Assembly: GCA_045863235.1 (NCBI GenBank)
Contig: BTUM01000021.1
Coordinates: 1-64,000, forward strand
Length of the DNA: 64,000 nt
Reading direction: 5' to 3'
Origin: Candidatus Xenobia bacterium
GTDB lineage: Bacteria > Vulcanimicrobiota > Xenobia > Xenobiales > QWHO01
Shown here: in pieces, positions 8,834 to 18,401 of the stretch
Layout of the letters: the number at the start of each line of letters is the position of its first letter
Position numbering within the stretch: position 1 is the stretch's first letter
The notes under the pieces: model-generated
Databases searched by the model: none
What the model saw: the letters and a program-made list of their open reading frames with translations, nothing else
What the model was told of the DNA's origin: nothing
Program-made: the position numbers and the translations under genes

Positions 8834-11800
8834 CGTAAGAGCTCCTCAATGTTCGGGCCAGTCGGGTCAAGAAGAGCATCTCGTGCTCGTCGGTGATGTC
8901 CGGCCGGGCCTGGTTCAGCTCGCAAAACAGATGAGCCGCCAGCAGCACCAGGCAACCCGGGTCCTGGCTGTGGTGGGCCCGGGCGTATCTGACCGCCTGG
9001 TCGGTCCAGTTCAAGATCGGGACCTCCCCCTTCCACAGGATGGCGGGACCAAGCAGATCGGCTTCCCACAGAGTGTTGCTGCCCAGACGCTCGACCAGTT
9101 GCAGCCAGGGTCCCCGAGGACGCTCGGGGCAGAGCAGGCTGAACTCACGACGGAGCGAGGCGAGCAGGCGCCGCTCCGGGGTATCTTTCAGGCTCTCCTC
9201 CTGGCGTTTGCGCCCGCGTCGCTCGACCCGGTCCTTTCTGGCCGGACGCGTGTCCGGTACCAGCTGCTCCAGGCCCGACAGGCTGCTGGAAGCTCGTTTG
9301 AAGAAGGCATCCGCCGTCTTGTCCAACCCGCTCAGCACGCGGTGCCAACCGGAAGCGACCAGGCGCAAGCTCCTGTCGGCCAGCGTCGCCACCTCCACCC
9401 GCTCGAGTCGCGACTTGCCGACCAGGGCCACGGCCGCCTCCCACTCCAGACTGTTCGGCTTGAGCACGGGCAGGACCGAAGGCTCCCCGGTGGTCGGTGA
9501 GCCCGGGCGCTCGAGGTAGGCTACTTTGCCGCGCGAGGCCTCTTCCAGCAGGGCCGAGGCCGAGGCCAGCCGACGTCCGGCAGCGGGAAACAGACTCAGG
9601 GGCAGGACTTGCTCCAGGGCTCGACCGACCGGATTGCTGGAGCCCAGATCGCGCCGGTGGGATGCCAAGAACTCCAGAAGGATGAGACGCGAGGCCTGAT
9701 CGGGCTGGCCCGGGTAGGCTCGAGCCAGGAGGTCGATCAGGCTCACCCGGAAGGCGGCCAGCTCCTTGACTTGAGCGCGACTGAGCTTGACCGAATCGTG
9801 CAGGTCGGAGAGCTCGAATCGACCCTTGACCCATCCTGCCAGCCCGTGCCCACCGATCTCGGTCAGGGGGCTCTCGCCGTCGAGCAAAATGATGGTCGCC
9901 TGCCTGGGCGAGCGCGGCAGACCCAGGCGACCGGTCAGCTCTGAGCCCTGCAACTCTCCCTCCACCAGGCAGGCCGGGAGGCGAACCTTGAGGCCGGCCG
10001 CCCGGCGCCGGTTCTTTCGGCGAACCTCATCCTTCATCAGCTCTTCGGTATCCGAGTGCGTCGGGCGGCTGACCAGCCCTGTCAGAAGCTTTCGCTCGCG
10101 CGGGCCGGCGCAGACAACGGGACGGTCGCCCAGGGGAGCGTAGGGATAACCTGGCTCGATCACCGGGACAGACGGGTGCAGCTTGAGCCTCTCTTTCAAC
10201 TCCTGAAAGCTGAGTGGAGGGGCGCAGTGCATCGGCACCAACGGCAGGGTAGCAAGCTGATCGAGCACCGGGCGCGGCAGGTTGGTGCTGAGAAGGTGCA
10301 GCAGCATCCAGGCGCGGGCACTGCCGGGCGTGGCCTGGCGTGCCGCCTCCAGGGCCAGTTCGCCCAGGGCCGCTCGCACCTGCTCGAGCATGGCCTGAAA
10401 GGTGGCGTCGCGCTTGATTTTGCGATTGGCCATCCGGGTCAGCCCGTGGGGACCCACGATGGCCCGGGCCGGCCCTGGCAGAAGGCCGGGCAGGGTGCCC
10501 ATTCCGGCCACCTCCAACACTCCAGTGAACTGATCCTCGCTCAGTCCGACCTCGCCGAATCGGGGGCCTGGCAGGGAGCGCCTCAATTCAAGAGGTTCCT
10601 TCAGGCGCAGGCTCGAGAAGTCCGGGGAAGGAGCCCCGGTCGTGGGCTCGGGTGCGCTCAGGTCAACCCGGGGAACGGGTGGCGGCAAGGGCGGTTGATA
10701 AAGCTCGAGCTGCAATTCCGGCAAGAGCTTCTCGAGCGCGGATCGGTCCGGCTTGAAGAGAACACGCGGACCGGTGGGGCCGTCTCTCTCGGTCATCAGA
10801 AGCCGCCCGTGCTGGCGCAGCTCTGCCTCCAGCTCGGCCAGCGCCATCCGCTCCGTGCCTCCGCGACTGGGAAAGAGCGCCAGTGAGGAAGCTCTTGAAG
10901 CGAGCTCTGGATTTCGGGCCAGAGCTTGCAGCAGGGCCGGTTCCCAGCCGGGAAGCTCGGAAGGGGCGTTGCTCAGCTCGCTGGCCAGCCGCTCGAAAGC
11001 GTCTCGCTCGGCCTCGCGCAACCGGTCCACCACCTCCTGCCAGGCCCGATCGCTCTGCACCCTCTTCCAATCCGGGGTGGGACTGAGCCGGGGGCTGTCC
11101 ACGATGGCGTCGAAAGGCCAGATGGCAGGCTGCAAGCCGCGCTCCTCCAGCTCCACCCCCTGGCGCAGAACGGTTACGTGGGCGCGCGGGGGATTGCCGG
11201 CCTGGCGCAGGCGCAGCTCTCCTTTGATGTCGTCGAAGCTGAAGGCGTGGGTGTGGGGAGCCTGGCCCAGACGAGCCTGGCGAGGGTTGGCCAGCCGGAA
11301 AGCCAGCTGGTTGAGGTTGTCGAGGACGGGACGGGCGTCGAACAACTTCAGCCCCAGCTCCTCGCGCAGCATGGACTGTACTGGCGCGGTGGCACGCACG
11401 ATGGGATAGTCGGGCACCGCCTCGGGGGGCAGGTTGTCGGCCAGGGCCGGCGCGTGAGTGGAGACGACACCCACCCGCGCCTGCCGGCGCAGGCTGTCCA
11501 GGCTGGTTCGGCTGGCGGTGAGGGTTGGCAGCAGCTCGAGACGGGCAGCCGGCGACCTGGCAGGGTCCTCGAGCAAGCTCAAGAGCAGTTGATCGTAAAC
11601 CCGCGCGTCCTGACCCGCCGTCTCGGCCAGCTGGCGGTAGAGCTCGACCACCTTCTTATTGAGCAGGCTCCAGGCCTGGCGATACTTCTTGCAGTCCGGA
11701 TCGGGGCCGCTGAAGTCCTTGAGCACGCTGACCTCATCGAAATCGAGCACGGCCACGAAGGAGAGCTTGTCCAGGGTGGAGCTGCGCAGTAGCTTGCCCT

Positions 11801-13076
11801 GCAGCAGAACGTGCAGGTGCGAGCCTTCTGGGGAGGCTTGATAAGGGATCCCGACGGCTAGAAAGACCCCCTGGCTCTCAGCCGTCGTTCGGACGGCATA
11901 CTCGTCGGCGGGAAGCTCGCGCGGTCGCGGAGAGCTCTCCCAGCGAAGGCGATTGTTGTGGGCTGTCACCTGGGCGAGCAGCTCCTCGCGCACGTCGCGC
12001 AAGGTCATCTCGCGCTTCTCGAGGAAGTGCCGCGTTTCCAGGCCATCGAGGTAGAGAATGCGCAGGCCTTCCGGCTCGAACGCCAGGCGCATCTGGGTCA
12101 CCGGCACGTAGCCGAGCCGCTTGCGTTGCTCTTCCAGCTCGCGGTAGCTGTAACGAAGCTGGTGGGGACCGGGGAAGAGGGGCAGGCAATCCACCAGCTC
12201 GCGCCAGCGACCCTTCTGGCGCAAGGCGCCCAGACTCAGGAAGAAAAGACGATGGCGCTGCAGGAGCTCGGCATCAGACCCACAACGCTCAGCCAGGCGA
12301 GCCAGCTCTTCAAGAGTGTCCTGCTCGACCTTCTCGAGCGCCTCCTGGTAGACGGTGTCCTCCACCACAGCCGAATGGGAAGCGTTCAGGCTGAAGCGGT
12401 CATCCTCCACCACCGCCCGCACCGGCAGGAGAGCGGGCCTGAGTTGCTGGCGGATGATTCCGTGCAAGACCAGGAAGATTTCGCCCGACTCATCGCATGA
12501 GAGCAGCTCCGTGGCGGCGGGCTGGCTCAGCAACCGTCCCTCCAGTCGAACCGGTCGGCGCGAGAAGCGGGCGTGGCTCCTTGTCAGCTCGATCTCGCTC
12601 GAGTAGCTGGCCTTGCGCAGCACGCCGCCCCCCCGCTCGATCAAGAGACGATGCCGGGTGTACGAGCCGGCCACCAGCTGTCGTTTCTGACCGCGCAACT
12701 CCAGCGCGACCCCGGCGGGAGACTCCAACAGGACGCGTCGTGGCTGCAGGCGGCTGAGAGCATTCAGGCCCACTGCCAGGTAGCGCAGGGCCGGGTGCGT
12801 GCCCTCGGCCACCAGCAGATAGTCTTCCAGGTTCTCGAGATCGGCTCTCAGAAGCGGGGTGCCGCCAAAGCAAAGCTCCAGCCCATCAGGGGTGAGGTCG
12901 ACTTCCAGCTCCGGACTTCCCCCCGCGAAGGCTGCGGCGATCAGCTCGAGGATGTAACGCTCGGGATCGGTCAGCTGAAAGCGGGCCATCTTGGAGCGAG
13001 CCTTCTCCACGTCGAGCGTGAAGTTTCCCCGCGAGTCGAAGCGCCCGGCCTGGCGCAGGGTGTCCAGCAAGCTCAC
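8808..13076 (-). CDS. 1422-aa protein: degenerate Hsp90-like GHKL domain plus five Hsp90-middle-like repeats
   Basis: GTG start overlaps the TGA of the upstream gene (GTGA). YILELIAAA sits where RELIQN is expected. Five recurring (R/D)AxVxxxxL and LxLxP...SxxEL motifs. Confidence 0.7.
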   Translation of the reverse strand: MSLLDTLRQAGRFDSRGNFTLDVEKARSKMARFQLTDPERYILELIAAAFAGGSPELEVDLTPDGLELCFGGTPLLRADLENLEDYLLVAEGTHPALRYLAVGLNALSRLQPRRVLLESPAGVALELRGQKRQLVAGSYTRHRLLIERGGGVLRKASYSSEIELTRSHARFSRRPVRLEGRLLSQPAATELLSCDESGEIFLVLHGIIRQQLRPALLPVRAVVEDDRFSLNASHSAVVEDTVYQEALEKVEQDTLEELARLAERCGSDAELLQRHRLFFLSLGALRQKGRWRELVDCLPLFPGPHQLRYSYRELEEQRKRLGYVPVTQMRLAFEPEGLRILYLDGLETRHFLEKREMTLRDVREELLAQVTAHNNRLRWESSPRPRELPADEYAVRTTAESQGVFLAVGIPYQASPEGSHLHVLLQGKLLRSSTLDKLSFVAVLDFDEVSVLKDFSGPDPDCKKYRQAWSLLNKKVVELYRQLAETAGQDARVYDQLLLSLLEDPARSPAARLELLPTLTASRTSLDSLRRQARVGVVSTHAPALADNLPPEAVPDYPIVRATAPVQSMLREELGLKLFDARPVLDNLNQLAFRLANPRQARLGQAPHTHAFSFDDIKGELRLRQAGNPPRAHVTVLRQGVELEERGLQPAIWPFDAIVDSPRLSPTPDWKRVQSDRAWQEVVDRLREAERDAFERLASELSNAPSELPGWEPALLQALARNPELASRASSLALFPSRGGTERMALAELEAELRQHGRLLMTERDGPTGPRVLFKPDRSALEKLLPELQLELYQPPLPPPVPRVDLSAPEPTTGAPSPDFSSLRLKEPLELRRSLPGPRFGEVGLSEDQFTGVLEVAGMGTLPGLLPGPARAIVGPHGLTRMANRKIKRDATFQAMLEQVRAALGELALEAARQATPGSARAWMLLHLLSTNLPRPVLDQLATLPLVPMHCAPPLSFQELKERLKLHPSVPVIEPGYPYAPLGDRPVVCAGPRERKLLTGLVSRPTHSDTEELMKDEVRRKNRRRAAGLKVRLPACLVEGELQGSELTGRLGLPRSPRQATIILLDGESPLTEIGGHGLAGWVKGRFELSDLHDSVKLSRAQVKELAAFRVSLIDLLARAYPGQPDQASRLILLEFLASHRRDLGSSNPVGRALEQVLPLSLFPAAGRRLASASALLEEASRGKVAYLERPGSPTTGEPSVLPVLKPNSLEWEAAVALVGKSRLERVEVATLADRSLRLVASGWHRVLSGLDKTADAFFKRASSSLSGLEQLVPDTRPARKDRVERRGRKRQEESLKDTPERRLLASLRREFSLLCPERPRGPWLQLVERLGSNTLWEADLLGPAILWKGEVPILNWTDQAVRYARAHHSQDPGCLVLLAAHLFCELNQARPDITDEHEMLFLTRLARTLRSSYDADPETQG

Positions 13077-14572
13077 GGGCTTTGCCTCCGTTTGATTGCC
13101 GCCTGCAAAAGCTGGCGCTCGAGCTTGCGCCCGGTTTCCAGCAATACGGCTCGGCCCAGGAGATAGCCTGCCAGCGAAGGATCGCGAGTCACCACTCGGG
13201 AGAGGTCCTCCACCAGGGGATGCTGCAGATTGACCAGCACTTGCTTGCCCCCTTTCCCGACGGGCTCGGCTCTTCCGGGCGTCGAGCAGGTCAAGCTGAC
13301 TCGGGTAGCCAGGCGGCCACACTGGCTGAAGTCGCCACCCTGAAGCCTGGGTCCGGGCAGAAGCCGGTTGGCAACCTCCAGAAGCTGGGCCAGGTCATCG
13401 CCTGGCTCGAGTGGTTGAGCCAGAAACCAGTGCTCTTCGGCCAGGGGCACCTGGAAGAACTGGCGAGCCAGCTCCAGGGACCAGGGGGCTTCACCCGTCA
13501 ACACGGCCACCCGCTGGCTCATGAGACTTTCGATCAGCGGGCCGGAGGACGGGCTCCAGGCGACCTGGGAAGCACGTTTCAGATCGCCAAGGGCGAGCAT
13601 GCCACCGTGGCTCGGGAAGAGCTTGAGCTCGAGGCATTCTGGGGGGAGATCCTTGTGGCGGCCGGCCAGGTCGACTGCCAGCTTCCACAGGTGGACGTCG
13701 TCCGGGCGGCTGGCCAGCTCTTGAAAGAGCCGGACCGGAAGCAGCCTGGTCACGGCTCGATCCAGCACTGCCATGGCTTTTTCGTAGTGCTTGTCTTGCA
13801 CCACGTTGTCGCGGGTCAGCGTATGCTCGAGATACATCGAGCGCAGCTTGAAGCTCACTCCCGGGCGAGGCGAGCCTGTGCCCTCGAGCAAGGTCAGTCC
13901 GCGGTTGTAGAAACCATAGAACGGCTCCTCGTCGAGACTGGGGGCCGCCACGACCTCGCTGCCAGGCACCTCCAGGCGCACTTCGGCCGGCAGTCCCAAC
14001 TCGAAAGGCTGATTGATGGGTTTACCGTTGAAGCGGATCTCGACATCACAATGCTTGCACCAGTAAACCACGGTTTGGAGGCACTCCTGGCGAAACTTGT
14101 CGAATCGGTTGCGCGCGACGGGAATGTAGCTGGTCACCCGGGTCCCCTCGATGGGCTCGTGGCGCTGGAGCCGTTCAAAGCTGCGGTCCGGGTGGAACAG
14201 TACCCGCCAGTACTCGCCGTCGCGCCCTGAATCGACCACGACCGCTTTGGGATTGGGGGCGAAGATCGAAACGAAACCGATACCGAACTTGCCGATGCGG
14301 GTGAGATCCCCCTCCTTGGTAGAGCTGAACAGGCGGGTCAGCTGGGTGTCGATCACCTCGCGGTTCATGCCTTCGCCCCAATCGGTGACTTGCACCCGGG
14401 CACAGGACTCCCCCTCGTCGTAAACGACCTCTACCTCGATCCGGTTTGTGGCGGCGTCCAGCGAGTTCTGGATCAGCTCGCGCAGAAAGGCCAGCGGCTG
14501 GCTGAACTGCTGGACCAGGGTATCGAGTGCCTCGACGCTGGCTTGAGGTGCGGGACGAGACTTCTTTGCCAT
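13073..14572 (-). CDS. HtpG/Hsp90-like GHKL ATPase, 499 aa
   Basis: FLRELIQNSLDA, VTDWGEGM, IGKFGIGF, GTRV; middle-domain LTRDNVV; C-terminal VNLQHPLV. Confidence 0.88.
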   Translation of the reverse strand: MAKKSRPAPQASVEALDTLVQQFSQPLAFLRELIQNSLDAATNRIEVEVVYDEGESCARVQVTDWGEGMNREVIDTQLTRLFSSTKEGDLTRIGKFGIGFVSIFAPNPKAVVVDSGRDGEYWRVLFHPDRSFERLQRHEPIEGTRVTSYIPVARNRFDKFRQECLQTVVYWCKHCDVEIRFNGKPINQPFELGLPAEVRLEVPGSEVVAAPSLDEEPFYGFYNRGLTLLEGTGSPRPGVSFKLRSMYLEHTLTRDNVVQDKHYEKAMAVLDRAVTRLLPVRLFQELASRPDDVHLWKLAVDLAGRHKDLPPECLELKLFPSHGGMLALGDLKRASQVAWSPSSGPLIESLMSQRVAVLTGEAPWSLELARQFFQVPLAEEHWFLAQPLEPGDDLAQLLEVANRLLPGPRLQGGDFSQCGRLATRVSLTCSTPGRAEPVGKGGKQVLVNLQHPLVEDLSRVVTRDPSLAGYLLGRAVLLETGRKLERQLLQAAIKRRQSP

Positions 14573-14634
14573 GGGAAATCAACGAGCCACAGAGAGAGCG
14601 ACTCTCTGTGGCTCGCACAAGGGAGTGAGCCGTT

Positions 14635-15078
14635 TCAGGCCGTGGGGGCCAGGACGCGGACGACCTGCATCTTGTCGCCCTGGCGGATCTTGTCCACCAC
14701 GTCCAACCCTTCCACTACCCGGCCGAACACGGTGTGCTTTCCGTCGAGGTGGGGTTGGGGTGAGTGGCAGATGAAGAACTGGCTGCCGCCCGTGTCGGGT
14801 CCTGCGTGGGCCATGGAAAGGCTACCGCGCAAGTGTTTGTGAGGGTTGCCCTTGGTTTCGCACTTGATCTTGTAGCCAGGTCCTCCGGTGCCGGTACCCA
14901 GCGGGCATCCACCCTGAATCATGAAGTTATCGATCACCCTGTGGAAGGTCAGGCCATCGTAGAAGTTCTTGGAAATCAGGTCGAGGTAGTTCTTGACCGT
15001 GCCGGGCGCTTCCTGGTCGAAGAGCTCCAAAATCATGGTGCCCTTGTCGGTCACCATCTCAATACGCGGATTCGGCAT
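14635..15078 (-). CDS. Cyclophilin-type peptidyl-prolyl cis-trans isomerase
   Basis: [51 protein letters not shown] before ATG 15078. Confidence 0.96.
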   Translation of the reverse strand: MPNPRIEMVTDKGTMILELFDQEAPGTVKNYLDLISKNFYDGLTFHRVIDNFMIQGGCPLGTGTGGPGYKIKCETKGNPHKHLRGSLSMAHAGPDTGGSQFFICHSPQPHLDGKHTVFGRVVEGLDVVDKIRQGDKMQVVRVLAPTA

Positions 15079-15162
15079 AAACGCGCCTCCTTTCTTGGAC
15101 CTGGGCCGAGTTCGTGGCGTGGCCGGCAGTTCCTCGGAGCTGGTCATGATTGTTCATGATCC

Positions 15163-15205
15163 GGCAACAAAAGTAACACTCTGGATACAGACCGGTGGTG
15201 TCGAC
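15163..15205 (+). promoter_or_regulatory. Conserved upstream motif, copy A
   Basis: GGCAACAAAAGTAACACTCTGGATACAGAC-N7-GTCGA; 23/30 identical to the reverse complement of 58009-58038. Confidence 0.55.
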
Positions 15206-15257
15206 CCGGGTTGAGTGGGCCTACAATGAGGCTGATACATCCTGTCGGGAGCTAAAG

Positions 15258-15455
15258 GTGGAGTCAACCAGAACCAGCCATAAGAACCCCGCCCCCACGG
15301 TAGCCGGACTGCCGGTGGAGATGCCGGCCCACGCCCCGGACGAACTGGTGACCTTCAGCGTCAAGGTCAGGCGCAGCCAGAACGGCGGCCTGGTCGCCGG
15401 CCAGCCCGGAGCCGTCAACGGCAACGGCACCTACCTGCCTGAGGACGAGGCGTAG
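15258..15455 (+). CDS. Small hypothetical protein, 65 aa
   Basis: GGGAG before GTG 15258, GC-rich third positions, fills an intergenic gap; no recognisable family. Confidence 0.45.
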   Translation: MESTRTSHKNPAPTVAGLPVEMPAHAPDELVTFSVKVRRSQNGGLVAGQPGAVNGNGTYLPEDEA

Positions 15456-15553
15456 CGGGTAGCTCACTCCCACCACGACAGCAGGGCCAGCTGATGCGCC
15501 AGGTCGTCAGGGACTGACACCAGGAGGGGTTTGCGGCCGGATTTCCAGCTGTG

Positions 15554-16564
15554 TCAGCGCGGCTGCCTGCGTTCGAGATCAGCGATGCGCTTGTCGCGTC
15601 TGTTGAGCTCCTGGTCGAGCTGGGCCACGCAGGCGTCATTCTTGGCCATCTCCTGCTCGAGACGCAGCTGGCTCTCAGCCTGGACCAGCTCGAGAGCTGC
15701 CTGATGCTGGGCTTTCATGCGCGCGAGCTCAGCTTGCTGGTTCGCTCGCATCCTTTCGAGCTCGCTCTGGCTCTCGGACTCGAGTCGGGTCAGACCCTCA
15801 GAAAGCTCCTCTTGCTCGGCTTCGAGCTGAAGCACCCGTTGACGAGCCTGGTGCAGAGCCTGCAAGGCCTCATCTTCGGCCTGGCGCGAGGCGCTCAGCT
15901 GCTCGCTGATCTCCAGGAGCTGGTGCAGCTTGCTTTCCAGCTCGCCCGCTCGGGCCGCCTCCTGAGCCAGCTGCTGGCGGCTCTCCTCCAGCCTGGCCTC
16001 CAGGGCATAGACACGGTCGGTTTCCCGCTCCTGACTGGCCTGGCTTTGGGCGGTCAGCTCAGCTGCGCGAGCCTCCAGGTTGCGGATCAGGGCCTCCAGC
16101 TCGAAGCTACGCTCCTCGGCCCGCTGGCGGGCTTCCAGGCTCGCCGACCGCACCTGCTCCAGATCGTTTAGCCTGGCCCGAGCTTCGCTCAGCTCGCGGC
16201 GAGCCTCCTCGAGGTCTCGCAAAGACTGGCCCATGGCTTGCTCGCGCTCCCCCTGCAGCCAGGCTTGAGCCTGGAGCTGGAGCTGGGCCAGGTTCGCCTT
16301 CTGCTCGGCCAGCTCTCGAGTCAAATCTCGATCGGCCTCGGCTTGCTCCTGCCAGCGAGTCAGCTCTGCCTTGAGAGACGCGATTTCCTGGTCGCGCCTG
16401 GCGATCGAGAGAAGCAGCTCGCTCTCCAGCTCGGTCATCTGGCCGTTCTGAGCAAGCTGGCGGCGAACGCGATCGGTTTCCTGCCTCTGCAGCAACAGTC
16501 GCGATCGAGCGGCTCGAGCGCTATCGCGTGCTCTCCTTCTCGCTACCGTCTTGCGGGCCGCCAT
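15554..16564 (-). CDS. Long coiled-coil hypothetical protein, 336 aa
   Basis: E/Q/L/A/R-rich heptads throughout; ATG 16564 follows the FHA gene. Confidence 0.7.
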   Translation of the reverse strand: MAARKTVARRRARDSARAARSRLLLQRQETDRVRRQLAQNGQMTELESELLLSIARRDQEIASLKAELTRWQEQAEADRDLTRELAEQKANLAQLQLQAQAWLQGEREQAMGQSLRDLEEARRELSEARARLNDLEQVRSASLEARQRAEERSFELEALIRNLEARAAELTAQSQASQERETDRVYALEARLEESRQQLAQEAARAGELESKLHQLLEISEQLSASRQAEDEALQALHQARQRVLQLEAEQEELSEGLTRLESESQSELERMRANQQAELARMKAQHQAALELVQAESQLRLEQEMAKNDACVAQLDQELNRRDKRIADLERRQPR

Positions 16565-16593
16565 CGTGGGGGGGAAATTCAACCTGGGCCCGG

Positions 16594-17217
16594 TCAAGGA
16601 CCTGCCGACAGAAGGCGCAGACCGCGACCCCGTCGCACCTCGATCTGCTCTTCGCCTCCCTCGCGCAGCCTGGCTCGCAGGCGTTTGATCAGCCCGTCCA
16701 CGGCTTCCTCGCTGACTCCTTCGAGCTCGGCCTCGGGCCAGACCCCGCTGACCACCTGCTCGCGACTGACGAAGACCCCGGGCCGGGCTTCGAGCAACTT
16801 GAGCAACGTGAGCTGGGCCGCCGACAGGGGGGGGACGAGTTGCGCCCCGTTGACCCACACCTCCTCGTTCTGAGGATCGATCCAGACGCCTTTGAGACGG
16901 CCGACGCGCCGTCCCCCTCGGGTCTCGGAGGGGTCGTGATAGCGAAGAGACAGCGTCCCTCCCAGGACCAGCTCATCGCCATCCTGGAGCGCTACAGGCT
17001 CAGCGCTCACGGGGCGTCCATTCAGGAAGGTGCCGAAGCGGCTGCCCAGGTCGCTGATGGCATAGCCCCGGTCGGTTCGGGACAGACGGGCATGGCGGCG
17101 GGAAACCTGCGGATAGCCAAAACGCAGGTCGGCCGGAGGCTCGCGCCCGATCACGACCTCCATCGGGCCCAGCTCGTGTCGCTGTTGCCCCTCCAAGAAG
17201 AAAGCGGACTCGCTCAC
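16594..17217 (-). CDS. FHA domain plus OmpR/PhoB-type winged-helix regulator
   Basis: FHA motifs IGRE, VSRRHA, DLGSRFGTFLNG; wHTH VSREQVVSGVW...IKRLRARL...RRGRG. Confidence 0.88.
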   Translation of the reverse strand: MSESAFFLEGQQRHELGPMEVVIGREPPADLRFGYPQVSRRHARLSRTDRGYAISDLGSRFGTFLNGRPVSAEPVALQDGDELVLGGTLSLRYHDPSETRGGRRVGRLKGVWIDPQNEEVWVNGAQLVPPLSAAQLTLLKLLEARPGVFVSREQVVSGVWPEAELEGVSEEAVDGLIKRLRARLREGGEEQIEVRRGRGLRLLSAGP

Positions 17218-17262
17218 GAGCCCGCTTTCGAGAACCTCCCCCTCGGGACCCTACTTGGCCCG

Positions 17263-18384
17263 TCACGGGGTCGCCAGGCCCAGTGGCTGGAAGCTCCCGA
17301 AGCCTGGAAAGATACGTTCGAGGGCCTGGCAGCCCAGGCGGCGCTGCAGCAGCTCGGCCAGCACCAGGCGAAAGTCCACCGTGACCGGCAGGTCGGTGCA
17401 GCCAGTCAGATCGGGCCAATCCCCGTACAGACCTCCTCGGATTCCCGGCCCCAGCGCCAGCATGGCACCACCTCGCCCGTGCTCGGTGCCCTGGCTGCCA
17501 TTCTCGGCCAGCTGACGGCCAAACTCGCTCATGACCACGGTCGTGACAGGGCGTTCCTGCAGGTCGTCGTGGAAGGCCCGCAAGCCGCCCGCCAACTCGG
17601 CCAGCAACTCCTTGAGGGGCTCGGGTTGGTAGGCGTGGGTATCCCATCCGTCCAGGTCGAGCGTCACCACCCGAACCGAGAGCTCGGGGCAACGGATCAG
17701 GCGAGCTGCCTGGCTGAGCTGCCAGCCAAAGTCCGATTCGGGATAATCGACCCGAGAGCTGTCCGGGCGATCGGCTACCCGGCGCACCAGGCGCAGCAGT
17801 TTGAGCGCTTGCTGCGAGGGCGGATCCATCAGTCGAGCGGCCAGGTCCTCTCTGTCGAGGCTGAAGTCGAGCTCGTCCAGGTCGTCGAGCACCAGGGCGC
17901 GCTCATATCCCTGCAAGGCCTGGCCCGGCCATCCCATGGCCAGGGCCGGAATTCCGTCCGGCTCGTGGCACAGCTCGCGCAGAGTGCGAGCCAGCCAGCC
18001 GGTCGCGGCCGAGCGCCCGGGAATCCCTCCCTCCATCCAGGCGGTGGCCTGGAAGTGGCTGCGGGTATCGCTGGCCAGACCGGCGGCCGGCACCACAGCC
18101 ATGCGACCGGCCTGGTAAAGCTCGCTCAGGGGGGCCAGGGCCGGGTGCAAACCCAGCGGCCCCTCCAGCTCGAGGGGGCGTGGCACGGCCAGATTCGGGC
18201 GGGCCTGGCGATACGGCGCGCTGTCTCGAGGGACGAAGGCGGACAGCGAATCCCATCCCCCCCTGAGCCAGATCACGACCAGGACCTCGCCGGCTGCTCG
18301 CGGTTGACCTAGCACCACTCGGGGCCGCAGTGCGGCCAGGGCCAGAGCGGCCGATGAGGCTTGTAGAAAAGTTCGACGGCGCAC
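17263..18384 (-). CDS. DUF1501-family Tat-exported protein
   Basis: RRRTFL Tat signal; LRGGWDSL, RSHF, GWDTH, SEFGR and GTEHGRG motifs. Confidence 0.9.
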   Translation of the reverse strand: MRRRTFLQASSAALALAALRPRVVLGQPRAAGEVLVVIWLRGGWDSLSAFVPRDSAPYRQARPNLAVPRPLELEGPLGLHPALAPLSELYQAGRMAVVPAAGLASDTRSHFQATAWMEGGIPGRSAATGWLARTLRELCHEPDGIPALAMGWPGQALQGYERALVLDDLDELDFSLDREDLAARLMDPPSQQALKLLRLVRRVADRPDSSRVDYPESDFGWQLSQAARLIRCPELSVRVVTLDLDGWDTHAYQPEPLKELLAELAGGLRAFHDDLQERPVTTVVMSEFGRQLAENGSQGTEHGRGGAMLALGPGIRGGLYGDWPDLTGCTDLPVTVDFRLVLAELLQRRLGCQALERIFPGFGSFQPLGLATP

Positions 18385-18401
18385 AAAGTGTTGCTCCTTT
18401 C

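Noticed and set aside
15464..15556. In-frame continuation after the coiled-coil TGA (HSWKSGRKPLLVSVPDDLAHQLALLSWWE*), possible readthrough or selenocysteine
   Set aside because: Only 29 codons, no SECIS-like hairpin recognised and no redox motif; open frames of this length are expected at this GC content.
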